DNA of 64,000 nucleotides from Minisyncoccia bacterium (GTDB lineage: Bacteria > Patescibacteriota > Minisyncoccia > Phycocordibacterales > PALSA-1337). The notes beneath the pieces were generated by a model. That model made no database searches, was not told the DNA's origin, and saw nothing but the letters and a program-made list of their open reading frames with translations. The stretch lies in NCBI GenBank assembly GCA_044228445.1, contig JBGAUV010000001.1:250495-314494 (forward strand). The letters run 5' to 3'. A program made the position numbers and the translations under genes. Below, piece by piece: positions 52,038 to 62,720 of the stretch (the stretch's first letter is position 1; each line of letters begins with the position of its first letter).

Positions 52038-54548
52038 ATGGCTTTTTCATTAAAGACAATTTTTGGGGATCGTAATACAAGCTTATTAAAGAAGTATTCA
52101 ATTATAGTACCTAAGGTAAATGCACTTGAAACAAGCATAAGTGCACTTTCTGATAAAGAATTAAAGGATAAAACTAAGTCTTTTAAGGATAGACTTCATG
52201 GAAAGACCCTTGATGAACAAAAAATTATTCTAGAAGAAATACTTCCTGAGGCTTTTGCTTTAGTTAGAGAAGCTTCAAAGAGAACACTGAAACAGAGACA
52301 TTTCGATGTTCAGCTTATAGGAGGAGCAATATTAAATGGAGGTAATATTGCAGAAATGAGAACAGGAGAAGGAAAAACTCTCGTTGCAACTTTACCAGCA
52401 TATTTAAATGCTCTTACAGGTCGTGGAGTACATATAGTTACTGTAAATGATTATCTATCAAGAAGAGATGCAGTGTGGATGGGACAAGTTTATGATTTAC
52501 TAGGTCTAACTACAGGTGTCATAAATCATGAATCTTCATATATTTACGATCCAGAACATAAAAATAAAGGTGATGATGCAGTTTTAGATGAAAAGAGAGA
52601 TGAAACTGGTTCATTTCATGTTGTTCATGAATATCTTCGTCCAGTAACTAGACGTGAGGCTTATTATGCAGATATAACTTACGGTACAAATAATGAATTT
52701 GGTTTTGATTATTTGCGTGACAATCTAGAATATGAACAATCAAAATTAAGACAAAGAGACTTTTATTATGCAATTGTAGATGAAATTGATTCAATTCTTA
52801 TAGATGAAGCTAGAACTCCACTTATCATATCTTCACCAACAGTTGATTCAGAAAAACTTTATACTTCATTTGCAGAATTAGTAAAAGATTTTGAAAAGGA
52901 TATTGATTTTACAGTTGATGAAAAACAAAGAAGCATATCACTTACACCAAAAGGAATAGAAAAAGCAGAAAAAAGATTAGGTGTTGAAAATATATACACA
53001 GAAAAGGGAATAAAGTTTGTTCATCATTTAGAAACTGCCGTAAGAGCAAAAGCGCTTTTCCATTTAAATAAAGAATATGTAGTTAAAGATGGAGAAATAG
53101 TAATAGTTGATGAATTTACAGGTAGACTCCAACCTGGAAGACGTTGGTCAGAAGGTCTTCATCAAGCGATTGAAGCAAAAGAAAAAGTAGAAATACAGAA
53201 AGAATCAAGAACATTTGCTTCTATTACTTTCCAAAACTATTTTAGACTTTATAAAAAACTATCCGGTATGACAGGTACAGCTATTACTTCTAGTGAAGAA
53301 TTTTATAAAGTATACGGTCTTGAAACAATAGTAGTTCCAACAAATAATCAAATAAAAAGAAAAGATCAAAATGATTTAATATTTCAAACAGAAATTGGAA
53401 AATATAAAGCAATTGCTAGAAAAGTAAAAGAAATACATTCAAAGGGTCAACCTGTCCTTATAGGTACAGTTTCAATTGAAAAAAACGAAGTATTATCACA
53501 ATTCTTAAAGGCAGAAGGAATACCACATGAAGTTTTGAATGCTAAAAATCATGAAAGAGAAGGAGAAATTGTTGCTCAAGCAGGTAAAAAAGGTGCAGTA
53601 ACAATAGCTACAAACATGGCTGGTAGAGGAGTAGATATAAAACTTGGAGGAAACCCAGGAAGTAAACAGGTTTATGAAGAAATAAAATCATTAGGAGGAC
53701 TATTTGTTTTAGGAACTGAAAGACATGAAGCAAGAAGAATAGACAATCAGTTGAGAGGTCGTTCAGGACGTCAGGGAGACCCAGGAGAAACACAATTCTT
53801 TGTTTCGCTCGAAGATTCACTTATGCGAGTATTTGCAGGTGATACAGTAAAGAGTCTTATGGGTAAGTTAAATCTTGCTGAAGATGAAGCAATAGAGAAT
53901 AGACTTATAACAAGATCACTTGAAAGTGCTCAAACAAAGATAGAAGGTTTCAATTTTGATTCAAGAAAACATGTTTTGGAATATGATGACATTCTAAATC
54001 AACAAAGAAAAGTAGTTTATGAAAGAAGAAGAGCAATTCTAACTGGTAGTTTGGATGAAATAGAGAAAAGACTCAATGAAATAATTGGTGATAATGAAGA
54101 TATAAAGAAAATAGTAAAAGAAAAGAACGATACAATGGGTCGTGAGAGATTCCTTATTACAGCAAGACAGCTCATGCTTCAGACTATAGATATGTTCTGG
54201 GTAGAACACTTAGAAGTAATGGATTATACACGTTCTAGCGTAAATCTACGTGCTTACGGTCAACGTGATCCACTAGTTGAATACAAAAAAGAAGGCGTAA
54301 GATTGTTTAAAGAAATGCAAAGTGCAGTAGAAAATCAAGTTATAAATCTATTGCCTCACATAGGCGCAGGTGTAGCCAACCCAGAAACAGTTAAATTAAA
54401 AGAAATACATGATGAAGCAAAAACAATAGGTGAAGGAGATGGAAATAAAAATACTAATAGTGGCACTATTTCAAAACCAGAAGTAGGAAGAAATGATCCT
54501 TGCCCTTGTGGAAGTGGTAAAAAGTATAAGAAGTGTCATGGGAAATAA
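52038..54548 (+). CDS. secA: Preprotein translocase ATPase SecA
   Basis: Walker A MRTGEGKT; DEAD-like [13 protein letters not shown]; C-terminal zinc finger [14 protein letters not shown]. Confidence 0.95.
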   Translation: MAFSLKTIFGDRNTSLLKKYSIIVPKVNALETSISALSDKELKDKTKSFKDRLHGKTLDEQKIILEEILPEAFALVREASKRTLKQRHFDVQLIGGAILNGGNIAEMRTGEGKTLVATLPAYLNALTGRGVHIVTVNDYLSRRDAVWMGQVYDLLGLTTGVINHESSYIYDPEHKNKGDDAVLDEKRDETGSFHVVHEYLRPVTRREAYYADITYGTNNEFGFDYLRDNLEYEQSKLRQRDFYYAIVDEIDSILIDEARTPLIISSPTVDSEKLYTSFAELVKDFEKDIDFTVDEKQRSISLTPKGIEKAEKRLGVENIYTEKGIKFVHHLETAVRAKALFHLNKEYVVKDGEIVIVDEFTGRLQPGRRWSEGLHQAIEAKEKVEIQKESRTFASITFQNYFRLYKKLSGMTGTAITSSEEFYKVYGLETIVVPTNNQIKRKDQNDLIFQTEIGKYKAIARKVKEIHSKGQPVLIGTVSIEKNEVLSQFLKAEGIPHEVLNAKNHEREGEIVAQAGKKGAVTIATNMAGRGVDIKLGGNPGSKQVYEEIKSLGGLFVLGTERHEARRIDNQLRGRSGRQGDPGETQFFVSLEDSLMRVFAGDTVKSLMGKLNLAEDEAIENRLITRSLESAQTKIEGFNFDSRKHVLEYDDILNQQRKVVYERRRAILTGSLDEIEKRLNEIIGDNEDIKKIVKEKNDTMGRERFLITARQLMLQTIDMFWVEHLEVMDYTRSSVNLRAYGQRDPLVEYKKEGVRLFKEMQSAVENQVINLLPHIGAGVANPETVKLKEIHDEAKTIGEGDGNKNTNSGTISKPEVGRNDPCPCGSGKKYKKCHGK

Positions 54549-54562
54549 GGTTTAAATTGTAT

Positions 54563-55072
54563 CTAAACCTTCATTCCTCTCTTTTTTCTATACCAATAAA
54601 CTATATAAATAATTGCTAATGAAATTATATTAGTAAAGAAAATAATTGGTGTAGACCAAGGTATACCATCTATAGGTGTAAAACTAAAAGGCCAAAGATA
54701 TGGAGTAGGGAAGAAGCTTGTTGAATGAGTAAATAAATCCAAGAAAATATGGAAAGCCCAAGCAAACATTTCCCATATGGGTTTTTTCATTATGAACCAT
54801 ACAATACCGAAGACTAAAGCAAATACAACAAAACTATGAGTGATATTATATAAAGTATGAACATAAGAATCGATTTCTATCATTCCAGGAGGACGCATGC
54901 TCCAGTGAACAGATTCAGGATCAAATATTGTCTGTATTAATCTAGAGCCCGTATAAATTCCGAAAGAAAAAAAGTCAGGAGCAATTCCAAGTAAAAAAGC
55001 TAACCAAAAACTCTTTTTATTTTTTCTACCGAAAGCAATGCTACCCCAAAGTCCATGTGAAACTATGTCCAT
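54563..55072 (-). CDS. Membrane protein (possible membrane-bound metal-dependent hydrolase-like)
   Basis: Four to five TM helices; N-terminal MDIVSHGLWG. Confidence 0.4.
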   Translation of the reverse strand: MDIVSHGLWGSIAFGRKNKKSFWLAFLLGIAPDFFSFGIYTGSRLIQTIFDPESVHWSMRPPGMIEIDSYVHTLYNITHSFVVFALVFGIVWFIMKKPIWEMFAWAFHIFLDLFTHSTSFFPTPYLWPFSFTPIDGIPWSTPIIFFTNIISLAIIYIVYWYRKKRGMKV

Positions 55073-55111
55073 ATACTGGTATAATACTACATATATTCAT
55101 TAATTAAAAAT

Positions 55112-55573
55112 ATGAGACCACTTTTATTTAAATTTGATATTTGGTTTATTAATTTATTAAGAAAAATAAGTATACCATTTTCTAGATTCGCATTATTTAC
55201 TGTATTTTTTTGGTTTGGAATATTAAAAATAATTGGAACAAGCCCAGCAAACCCTATGGTTTCTGATTTATTACACAGGACTATGCCTTTTATGTCTTTT
55301 GATGTATTTATATTGCTATTTTCAATTTATGAAATGATTATTGGTATAACATTTCTTATACCTAGATTAGAAAGACTAGCTATTGCTTTACTTATACCTC
55401 ATATGTTTATGACAATGATGCCTTTATTTTTATTAAAAGCTATGACATGGCAAGGGTTTCTTACACCAACACTTGAAGGTCAATATATAATAAAAAATCT
55501 AGTTATTATTGCTTTAGCAATGGGAATTGCTGGGCATTTAACACCTTTAGGTAAAAAGAATAATGAAAAATAA
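55112..55573 (+). CDS. Small polytopic membrane protein
   Basis: Four TM helices; no family recognised. Confidence 0.4.
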   Translation: MRPLLFKFDIWFINLLRKISIPFSRFALFTVFFWFGILKIIGTSPANPMVSDLLHRTMPFMSFDVFILLFSIYEMIIGITFLIPRLERLAIALLIPHMFMTMMPLFLLKAMTWQGFLTPTLEGQYIIKNLVIIALAMGIAGHLTPLGKKNNEK

Positions 55574-56006
55574 GGTTTTATTATATTTTTTATCTATACT
55601 TACTCTACTCATAATTGCATTTGTATTGTCTAAAAACTTTTACACAGGAAAAAGTGATATTGATTTAAAAAAATTTGATACAATACTTGCAGATAATTCT
55701 AATTTAAGGGATTTGGGTTTAGGTAAAAGAGATTCATTATCAGAAAATTCAATAATGCTTTTTGTATTTGATTATCCAAGCAATTATGCTTTTTGGATGA
55801 AGGATATGAAATTTAATATAGATATCATTTGGTTAGATGAGTCATATAGGGTCGTCTATATTTTAGAAAATATATCACCCAATACCTATCCTCAAGCCTT
55901 TTCACCAGATAAAAAAGCAAAATATGTAATAGAAGGTAATGCATTTTTTGCTCGAAAAAATAAAATTAAAATTGGTGATAAGGTTTTATTGAATAAAACT
56001 CAATAA
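55563..56006 (+). CDS. DUF192-like protein with signal/anchor
   Basis: FNIDIIWLDESYRVV pattern resembling DUF192 (COG1430). Confidence 0.5.
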   Translation: MKNKVLLYFLSILTLLIIAFVLSKNFYTGKSDIDLKKFDTILADNSNLRDLGLGKRDSLSENSIMLFVFDYPSNYAFWMKDMKFNIDIIWLDESYRVVYILENISPNTYPQAFSPDKKAKYVIEGNAFFARKNKIKIGDKVLLNKTQ

Positions 56007-56205
56007 ATTAGTTTTTGTTTTTTAATAATTTTAAAAATTTTCACGATAGTAAATACTTGTTTTAAATTTATATTATTGTCCAGTGATTTTTTTTGAAGTT
56101 ATCCACTTTTTTTCTTTGTTTGTGAGAAGTAAAATACTACTCACTGTGTGTAAAAGTTTTTGTAGAAATCTGTAATTATTAATTAATTTAAATTAACTAA
56201 ACTAT

Positions 56206-59121
56206 ATGAGTATATCAATAAGAAGAGCCGACGGTAGTCTAGCCCCATTTAATGCAGATAAAATAAATCGTTCTATAGAACGTGCATGTATTGGACTTAC
56301 AGATCCAATATCAATGGTTACTCAAATAGCTACAGAAACACAACTTACACTTCATGAAGGTATTACAACTGAAGAAATGGATAAAGCTACAATAAATGCC
56401 GCAGTACAAAATATAAAAGAGGATCCAGAATACGATAAGGTTGCAACTAGATTGCTTTTAAAGACTATATACAGAAAGGTTGTAGGAGAATACGATAAGG
56501 ATGATTATGAAGATTTAAAAAGAAAACATAGAGATGCATTTATAACTTATATAAAACAAGGGGTAAAAAACAAGACTCTTCATTCCAATATGGAAAGTCT
56601 TTTTGATCTTAATGCTTTAGCTGATACTTTAAATATAGATAGAGATGAATTATTCCTATACGCAGGATTAGATGGTTTGGCGCATAGATATATGATAAAA
56701 GATACTAAGGGTAATGTAATTGAAACACCACAGTATTTTTTTATGAGAGTAGCTATGGGTTTGTCTTATGTTGAGAAAAATCCTACAGAATACGCAAAGA
56801 AGTTTTATCATAAAATGTCAAAACATGAATATATCGCTGGAGGTTCAGCAAATCTCGGTGCAGGAACTCCAAGTTCTTCATTATCAAACTGTTTTTTACT
56901 AGAAGTTCATGATGATATGCAACATATAGCAAAGTCTGTATCAGATGTACTTCTACTTTCAAAGAGCTCAGGGGGGTTGGGAGTTTCTATAACAAAGTTA
57001 AGATCTTCCGGTTCACCACTAAAATCAGGTTTTGGAGGAAGTTCAAGCGGTCCTACACCTTTTGCAAAAATAATGGATACATCTATTCGTGCAGTTATGA
57101 GAGGTGGTAAAAAGGTAGGTGCATTGTGTTTCTATATGGAACCATGGCATTTGGATTTTACAGAATTCATAGATTGGAAGAACAATAGCGGAGATGATTA
57201 TGCTCGTATGAGAACAGCAAATACCGCTGTATACATTTCTGATGAATTCATGAAGAGATCTAGAGATGGAAAGGATTGGTATATGTTTGATCCAGCAGAA
57301 ACACCAGATTTAAATGAATTATACGGACAAGCTTTCAGTAAAAGATATATCGAATATGTAGACATGGCTGATAAAGGAATGATGAGAACATTCAAGAAAA
57401 TTCCTGCAAATGAATTATTTAGAAAAATTCTAGTATCAATGCAAACAACATCACATCCTTGGTTAGTTTGGAAAGATACCATAAATCTCCGTGCCTTGAA
57501 TAACAATACAGGAACAATACATATGTCTAATCTATGTACTGAAATATGTTTACCACAGGACAGAGAAAATGTTGCTGTATGTAACCTGGCATCAATAAAC
57601 TTAGCTGCTCACGTAAGCAATAAACAAGTAAACTGGGGAAAGCTAGAAGAAAGTGCAAGACTAGCAGTAAGACAACTCGACAATCTTATCGATATAAACA
57701 TGCTACCTATTCCAGAAGCAGTAAAATCAGATAAAGAAAATAGAGCAATGGGACTAGGGGTAATGGGTTTTGCAGATGTAATAGAAAAACTAGGTATGGC
57801 TTATGACAGTGAACATGCTTGGGATTTTGCAGATAGAATATTTGAATTTGTAAGCTATATGGCTATAGATGAAAGTGCAAATCTAGCTCAAGAAAGAGGT
57901 ATATATAAACATTTTGAAGGATCTATGTGGTCAAAGGGTAAGGTCCCAATAGATTCAATTGAAAATTTAGAAAGAGATAGAGGAATAAAAGTAAGTGTTA
58001 TTAGAGATAGTAAGCATCGTGGTTTAAACTGGAATTTACTTAGAGAAAAAGTTAAAAAAGGAATGAGAAATTCTACTTTAATGGCTGTGGCTCCAAATGC
58101 AAACATTGGTCTTGTTGCAGGTACCACTCCAGGAATAGATGCACGTTTTGCTCAAGTCTTTTCAAGAAATAAAATATCAGGAAAGTATATGGACCTAAAC
58201 CATAACCTAGTAAATGATTTGAAGAACATGGGTATATGGGAAAAAGTGAGAGATCAAATAATTGAAAATCAAGGCGATATTGCACATATAGAAGGAATTC
58301 CACAATATTTGAAGGATATATACAAAACTTCATTTACAACTTCACCTTATGCATATATAGAAGTTGCTGCTAGAGCTCAAAAGTGGGTTGATCAAGCACT
58401 TTCTAGAAATATGTATTTGGAAACAAGAGATCTAGATGAAACTATGGCTATATATGCTACAGCTTGGGAAAAGGGTTTGAAATCAACTTATTATTTACAC
58501 CTAAAACCTCGTCATACAGCAGAACAAAGTACAATAAGAGTAAATAAAGCAGAGAAAATGGGTAAGATAGGCTTTGCTGCTGTAGCAAAAGCAAAAACAG
58601 AGAGCCAATCTCCAATAGAAAAAGAAACAGAAGTAGCTTTCTCTATGCCAAAGCAAACAAGCATACCAGTTTCAAATATAATAGCTAAACCTACCAATAC
58701 CTTTAGCCCTTCAAATACATCTATGTATACTGGAGTACAAAATATTAATTCAAATAAGCCAGTTCAAAAAGATTCTGAACCAGTTGTTTCTATATATAAT
58801 GAACCAACAATATCAAATATAATGTCAGAAGTTCCAGCAAAGGTGCCTGCTATGGTTGGTTTCGGGGCAGTAAAAAAACAAGAAAATATAGAAGTTAAAA
58901 CAGAAGTTAAGAGTCCTCAAATAATAGAAAATGATATAAAACCTCAATTCACAGAAAATAATTTGAACACAAGTTTTACACAAAATAAATATTCAGATAT
59001 ATCATCAATTGGTATGATACAAGCAAAAGAACAAAATGTAGTTCAAAATAAGGTAAAGATGGCTCCCAAGGTTTGTCCAATAGACCCAGCAGAAAGAGCA
59101 CAGTGTGATAGTTGTCAGTAA
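56206..59121 (+). CDS. nrdA: Class I ribonucleoside-diphosphate reductase alpha subunit with ATP-cone and a long low-complexity C-terminal insertion
   Basis: ATP-cone N-terminus; NLCTEICLP catalytic motif; terminal CPIDPAERAQCDSCQ. Confidence 0.9.
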   Translation: MSISIRRADGSLAPFNADKINRSIERACIGLTDPISMVTQIATETQLTLHEGITTEEMDKATINAAVQNIKEDPEYDKVATRLLLKTIYRKVVGEYDKDDYEDLKRKHRDAFITYIKQGVKNKTLHSNMESLFDLNALADTLNIDRDELFLYAGLDGLAHRYMIKDTKGNVIETPQYFFMRVAMGLSYVEKNPTEYAKKFYHKMSKHEYIAGGSANLGAGTPSSSLSNCFLLEVHDDMQHIAKSVSDVLLLSKSSGGLGVSITKLRSSGSPLKSGFGGSSSGPTPFAKIMDTSIRAVMRGGKKVGALCFYMEPWHLDFTEFIDWKNNSGDDYARMRTANTAVYISDEFMKRSRDGKDWYMFDPAETPDLNELYGQAFSKRYIEYVDMADKGMMRTFKKIPANELFRKILVSMQTTSHPWLVWKDTINLRALNNNTGTIHMSNLCTEICLPQDRENVAVCNLASINLAAHVSNKQVNWGKLEESARLAVRQLDNLIDINMLPIPEAVKSDKENRAMGLGVMGFADVIEKLGMAYDSEHAWDFADRIFEFVSYMAIDESANLAQERGIYKHFEGSMWSKGKVPIDSIENLERDRGIKVSVIRDSKHRGLNWNLLREKVKKGMRNSTLMAVAPNANIGLVAGTTPGIDARFAQVFSRNKISGKYMDLNHNLVNDLKNMGIWEKVRDQIIENQGDIAHIEGIPQYLKDIYKTSFTTSPYAYIEVAARAQKWVDQALSRNMYLETRDLDETMAIYATAWEKGLKSTYYLHLKPRHTAEQSTIRVNKAEKMGKIGFAAVAKAKTESQSPIEKETEVAFSMPKQTSIPVSNIIAKPTNTFSPSNTSMYTGVQNINSNKPVQKDSEPVVSIYNEPTISNIMSEVPAKVPAMVGFGAVKKQENIEVKTEVKSPQIIENDIKPQFTENNLNTSFTQNKYSDISSIGMIQAKEQNVVQNKVKMAPKVCPIDPAERAQCDSCQ

Positions 59122-59210
59122 TTAGTGTAAGTAAATTTACAATTAGTATTAAAAGAATATAAAGAATTCGAGTTTTTGTAGTCCAAATTATTATTTAATA
59201 AAATAAAATT

Positions 59211-60224
59211 ATGTTAATAGGAAAAGCATCACCAGAAGATACAAGTCTACACCCAATAAAGTATAAATGGGCTTATGATCTATACAATCAAGCAGTTAGA
59301 AATACTTGGTTTCCACATGAAATTACTCTAAAAGAGGATATGGATGATTGGAAGAAGATGACTGATGATGAAAGACATGCAGTTACATTCCTAATGGCAT
59401 TCTTTAACCCTGCAGAACTTATTGTAAATCGTTCAATTGCTTTAGGAATTTACCCTTATCTAAAGTCTCCAGAGTGCCATCTTTATCTAGCAAAACAAAT
59501 GTGGGAAGAGGCAAATCACTGTGTGGCTTTTGAATATGTTCTAGAAACATTTCCTTTTGATAGAGAAAAAATATATAACCTTCATCTTGAAGTTCCTTCA
59601 ATGAAAGCAAAAGAGGATTATATAAATAAATACATGAAGAGAATGACCGATGTTTCTCTAGATGTAAGTACTACAGAAGGTAAAAAAGATTTTATACGAA
59701 ATCTTGTTGCTACAAACATTGTGATGGAAGGAATATGGTTCTATTCAGGTTTTATGGTTGCTCTTTCATTCCGTCAGAGAAAACAACTTAGAAACTTCGG
59801 TTCTATGATTAACTGGGTTTTGAGAGATGAAAGTCTTCACTTAAAATTCGGTATGAACCTTATTCACAATATCTTGGAGGAAAATCATGATCTATTAACT
59901 GAAGATTTTGCAAATGAAATAAGAAATATAATCATAGAAGGAGTTGATAAAGAAGTTGATTATAATATGGATCTTTTCCCAAACGGTATTCTTGGTCTAA
60001 ATGCTGATTATGTTAATCAATACGTAAAGTATGTTACAGATCGTCGCCTAGAAGAACTAGGTTTTCCTCCACACTACAATGCTACAAACCCAGCAAAATG
60101 GATGTCTACTGCTACAGATGTTTATGAGCTTGTTAATTTCTTTGAAGCACAAAATACAAGTTATGAAGTAGATGTAAGAGCACATTCAGAAAAGAAAGAG
60201 GAGAAGAAAGAGGCGGGGGAGTAA
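59211..60224 (+). CDS. nrdB: Ribonucleotide reductase beta subunit
   Basis: Di-iron ligand pattern EEANHCVAFEY and MEGIWFYSGF; 337 aa. Confidence 0.9.
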   Translation: MLIGKASPEDTSLHPIKYKWAYDLYNQAVRNTWFPHEITLKEDMDDWKKMTDDERHAVTFLMAFFNPAELIVNRSIALGIYPYLKSPECHLYLAKQMWEEANHCVAFEYVLETFPFDREKIYNLHLEVPSMKAKEDYINKYMKRMTDVSLDVSTTEGKKDFIRNLVATNIVMEGIWFYSGFMVALSFRQRKQLRNFGSMINWVLRDESLHLKFGMNLIHNILEENHDLLTEDFANEIRNIIIEGVDKEVDYNMDLFPNGILGLNADYVNQYVKYVTDRRLEELGFPPHYNATNPAKWMSTATDVYELVNFFEAQNTSYEVDVRAHSEKKEEKKEAGE

Positions 60225-60226
60225 TT

Positions 60227-60646
60227 ATGTTAGTTGTTAAGACTAAAATTAAAAATAGTGAAATTGAAGGACTAGGTCTATTTGCTGATCAGTTTATACC
60301 TAAAGGTAGTGTAATTTGGAAATATGATCCAAGTTTTGATATTTATTTTGATCCTAAGGAGGTAGAAAAAATGTCAGAACCGCAAAAAGACCTGATAATA
60401 CATTTTGCTTATCTTTCAAAAAAAAGTGGTAAATATGTTTATTCAATAGATAATACAAGATTCACAAATCATTCAAATAAACCAAATACCGTAGAAGATG
60501 AAAATGTTTGTAGTGATGATTTAGAAATATGTACTATTGCTGTTAAGGATATTCAAATAGGGGAGGAAATTACTATTGATTATCGGGTAATTGACGCAGT
60601 GGATGAAGGTAGTAATGAGGAGTATTTGAAGACGGTAGTTCTATAG
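60227..60646 (+). CDS. Small SET-domain protein (putative lysine methyltransferase), co-operonic with nrdAB
   Basis: EIEGLGLFA...NHS..PN...IQIGEEITIDY SET motifs. Confidence 0.6.
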   Translation: MLVVKTKIKNSEIEGLGLFADQFIPKGSVIWKYDPSFDIYFDPKEVEKMSEPQKDLIIHFAYLSKKSGKYVYSIDNTRFTNHSNKPNTVEDENVCSDDLEICTIAVKDIQIGEEITIDYRVIDAVDEGSNEEYLKTVVL

Positions 60647-60748
60647 AGTTTTTATGGTTTAGGAATAAAAGTGGGCTCACCGAAACGAATTTCAGTGAGC
60701 CCAGGGACAACCTTTTTCTCATGTTTCGCTCGCCACTACTTAGATACC

Positions 60749-60921
60749 TAAGATTTAGGCAAAAATTTACCCCACTTACATTTCCGTAAGTGGGGCGTAC
60801 CTAGGAATTTAGGATGACTTGAATCGTCTTGCGACGAATGATCAGAGCCATAAAAACCTAGATATATAAGATACTGACTTCTACATCACAGCAAACTACT
60901 ATAACTTTGTCAAGTGACAAA
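60749..60921 (+). repeat. Direct repeat copy 1, 173 bp, with GC hairpin ccccacttac/gtaagtgggg and palindrome TTTGTCAAGTGACAAA
   Basis: Identical to 62711-62883 except for a single C/T mismatch; similarity continues with an indel for about 40 bp more. Confidence 0.9.
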
Positions 60922-60969
60922 TGTGTGTACCTAAAACAGTGGTCTCATAGAGTTTAAGGTCTAGCTATA

Positions 60970-60998
60970 TTGACATACTAAACTAAATGTGCTATTTT
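60970..60998 (+). promoter_or_regulatory. Promoter-like TTGACA-N17-TATTTT before cassette ORF A
   Basis: Part of the recurring module tagagtttaaggtNtagNta-ttgacata. Confidence 0.4.
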
Positions 60999-61050
60999 TG
61001 TATGTAATAGCACATTTCAACGATTTCAACCCAAAACCATTAGGAGAACC

Positions 61051-61425
61051 ATGAGCAAGCCTTCTTTCACCGTATTTGTTGGCATAAAGGGCGAATTCTC
61101 AGAAGAAGATTACGCCAAACTTCCGTCCGAGCTTCGAAAAGCATACTCGCCGTGTCCTGAATGGGATCTGGGAGAGGAAATCATTATCGACGGATTGGAA
61201 TTTGATTCCTTTGACCTTGGTCGCGATGACACTGCTGATCCGGGAGAATATGTGGGCTTCGGCGTCCATATCTTCGGTCAGTGGTATGACAGCGGAGCTA
61301 CTTGCTTCGCTCTTGATGAGCTTCAAACAATCGAATCTGTTCGTCAGAAGATGACAACTCTCTTCGATCAATGGAAGCTCGATGCCAAAGTCGAAGTGTT
61401 CTGCTTTGCAGGATACAATTCATAA
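61051..61425 (+). CDS. Cassette ORF A: acidic 124-aa hypothetical protein with SD
   Basis: TTAGGAGAACC-ATG; GC-rich codons; net acidic (many D/E). Confidence 0.5.
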   Translation: MSKPSFTVFVGIKGEFSEEDYAKLPSELRKAYSPCPEWDLGEEIIIDGLEFDSFDLGRDDTADPGEYVGFGVHIFGQWYDSGATCFALDELQTIESVRQKMTTLFDQWKLDAKVEVFCFAGYNS

Positions 61426-61692
61426 CCCATCAACTCACTCCAGAAAACCCCTGTCGCGAGATGGTGGGTTTTCTGTTTTATAAAATTCCAATATGTTGAT
61501 ACTAACAGACTTGAACGGCATCCTAAATAGATGTCATTTATTGTTACTTGCTATATAAAAATCTCGTTGATATGTTGTTAGGTAAGACGAGCTTGAAATC
61601 AAAATAAAAACTAGAGCATCTTCTATGGGGAATTCAATCAGTATTTAACTCTGTGAAGACGGTAGTATTATAGAGTTTAAGGTTTAGACTAC

Positions 61693-61720
61693 TTGACATA
61701 TGACCATGTCGTGATATAAT
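61693..61720 (+). promoter_or_regulatory. Near-consensus sigma70 promoter TTGACA-N16-TATAAT before cassette ORF B
   Basis: ttgacatatgaccatgtcgtgatataat. Confidence 0.55.
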
Positions 61721-61779
61721 TTAAAAGGACTAGGATTTTTCCTAATGCTGTCCAGCAAAATCATACTTGGAGGATAGAA

Positions 61780-62139
61780 ATGTACTCTGACGATAAAACT
61801 CTAAAAGAGTTCATGACTGTACTTGTAAGTACAGCTGCGGCTCGGAGAAACTACTTGGATGTCCCTAGCGATTTCATTTTGAGACATCCCTGGACACTGA
61901 AATACCTTTCCAATTTCGCTGAGGCTGACGATTTCATGCAGATCGCGAAAACGGAAGGAGTCCAGATTGTTTGCGAGGATGAACCCAAAAACATTCAAGA
62001 GTTTCGCCGGGACCATGGTCTCAAACCACAGGTTCGCTACAAAGTGTTTGTTCCAGCCGAAACAAAAATCAGAACAAAAGAACAGATCTTCAAGTTCGAA
62101 AGACAAGGAGATGGTTCATATGTTCCACTCAATGGCTGA
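61780..62139 (+). CDS. Cassette ORF B: 119-aa hypothetical protein with SD
   Basis: CTTGGAGGATAGAA-ATG; followed by terminator aaaaccccatct...agatggggtttt. Confidence 0.5.
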   Translation: MYSDDKTLKEFMTVLVSTAAARRNYLDVPSDFILRHPWTLKYLSNFAEADDFMQIAKTEGVQIVCEDEPKNIQEFRRDHGLKPQVRYKVFVPAETKIRTKEQIFKFERQGDGSYVPLNG

Positions 62140-62142
62140 ACC

Positions 62143-62186
62143 AAAACCCCATCTACGCTTTCATGAGAAGATGGGGTTTTGTCTTT
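62143..62186 (+). terminator. Rho-independent terminator after ORF B
   Basis: Stem ccccatct/agatgggg followed by ttttgtctttt. Confidence 0.55.
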
Positions 62187-62522
62187 TAGAAGATGGTGGT
62201 TTAATGTAGTTTAAAATTTAGATAAAAGAAAGCCGGCCAAACCTTATGGGTCTGGCCGGGAAAGTGATGGGTATGCGCCCATCTGCGGATCATTTACGAT
62301 CATTTTGCCAGTAAAATAAGGTTATTTCTGGTTACGTATCCCTGGTATTGTGTCCAGACACGTAACTTATGAATACTAACCTTATTCTTTTACCATCATA
62401 GCAAATTACTATAACTTTGTCAAGTATTCAAAGATGTCGGTGTTATGGAGTTCAAGTTCTAACCTCTATTGATATAATTAATCTAGAGTGTTAATCTTCT
62501 TTTTAAGAAAGGAGAGTACATC

Positions 62523-62720
62523 ATGATCAAAATTACTGTCCGTAAAGAAGGAGAGAGAACCTTTGCGGCCTATGTGGACGATGAAAATATGCGGCGCATA
62601 GGTGAGTCTCGAGGAGAAGCTGTTGGCAAAGTCGTATCTGATCTCATTGAACAAAGGTCAGTACGGTTGGAAGATTGTCAAGTGCATCAAATCGAGATTA
62701 AACAAAAATATAAGATTTAG
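62523..62720 (+). CDS. Cassette ORF C: 65-aa protein resembling HicB/UPF0150-type antitoxin N-domain
   Basis: ITVRKEGERTFAAYVDD...GESRGEAVGKV resembles the HicB-like pattern; SD AAAGGAGAG; stop codon lies inside repeat copy 2. Confidence 0.4.
   Translation: MIKITVRKEGERTFAAYVDDENMRRIGESRGEAVGKVVSDLIEQRSVRLEDCQVHQIEIKQKYKI

Noticed and set aside
56007-56205. NrdR boxes upstream of nrdA
   Set aside because: No convincing pair of 16-bp ACACwAtATaTwGTGT-like palindromes was seen in the 200-nt leader.
61099-62106. Minus-strand ORFs 61099-61371 and 61801-62106 antisense to cassette ORFs A and B
   Set aside because: The plus-strand ORFs have promoter, SD and terminator in the right places; the antisense frames have no start context and are typical of GC-richer DNA.
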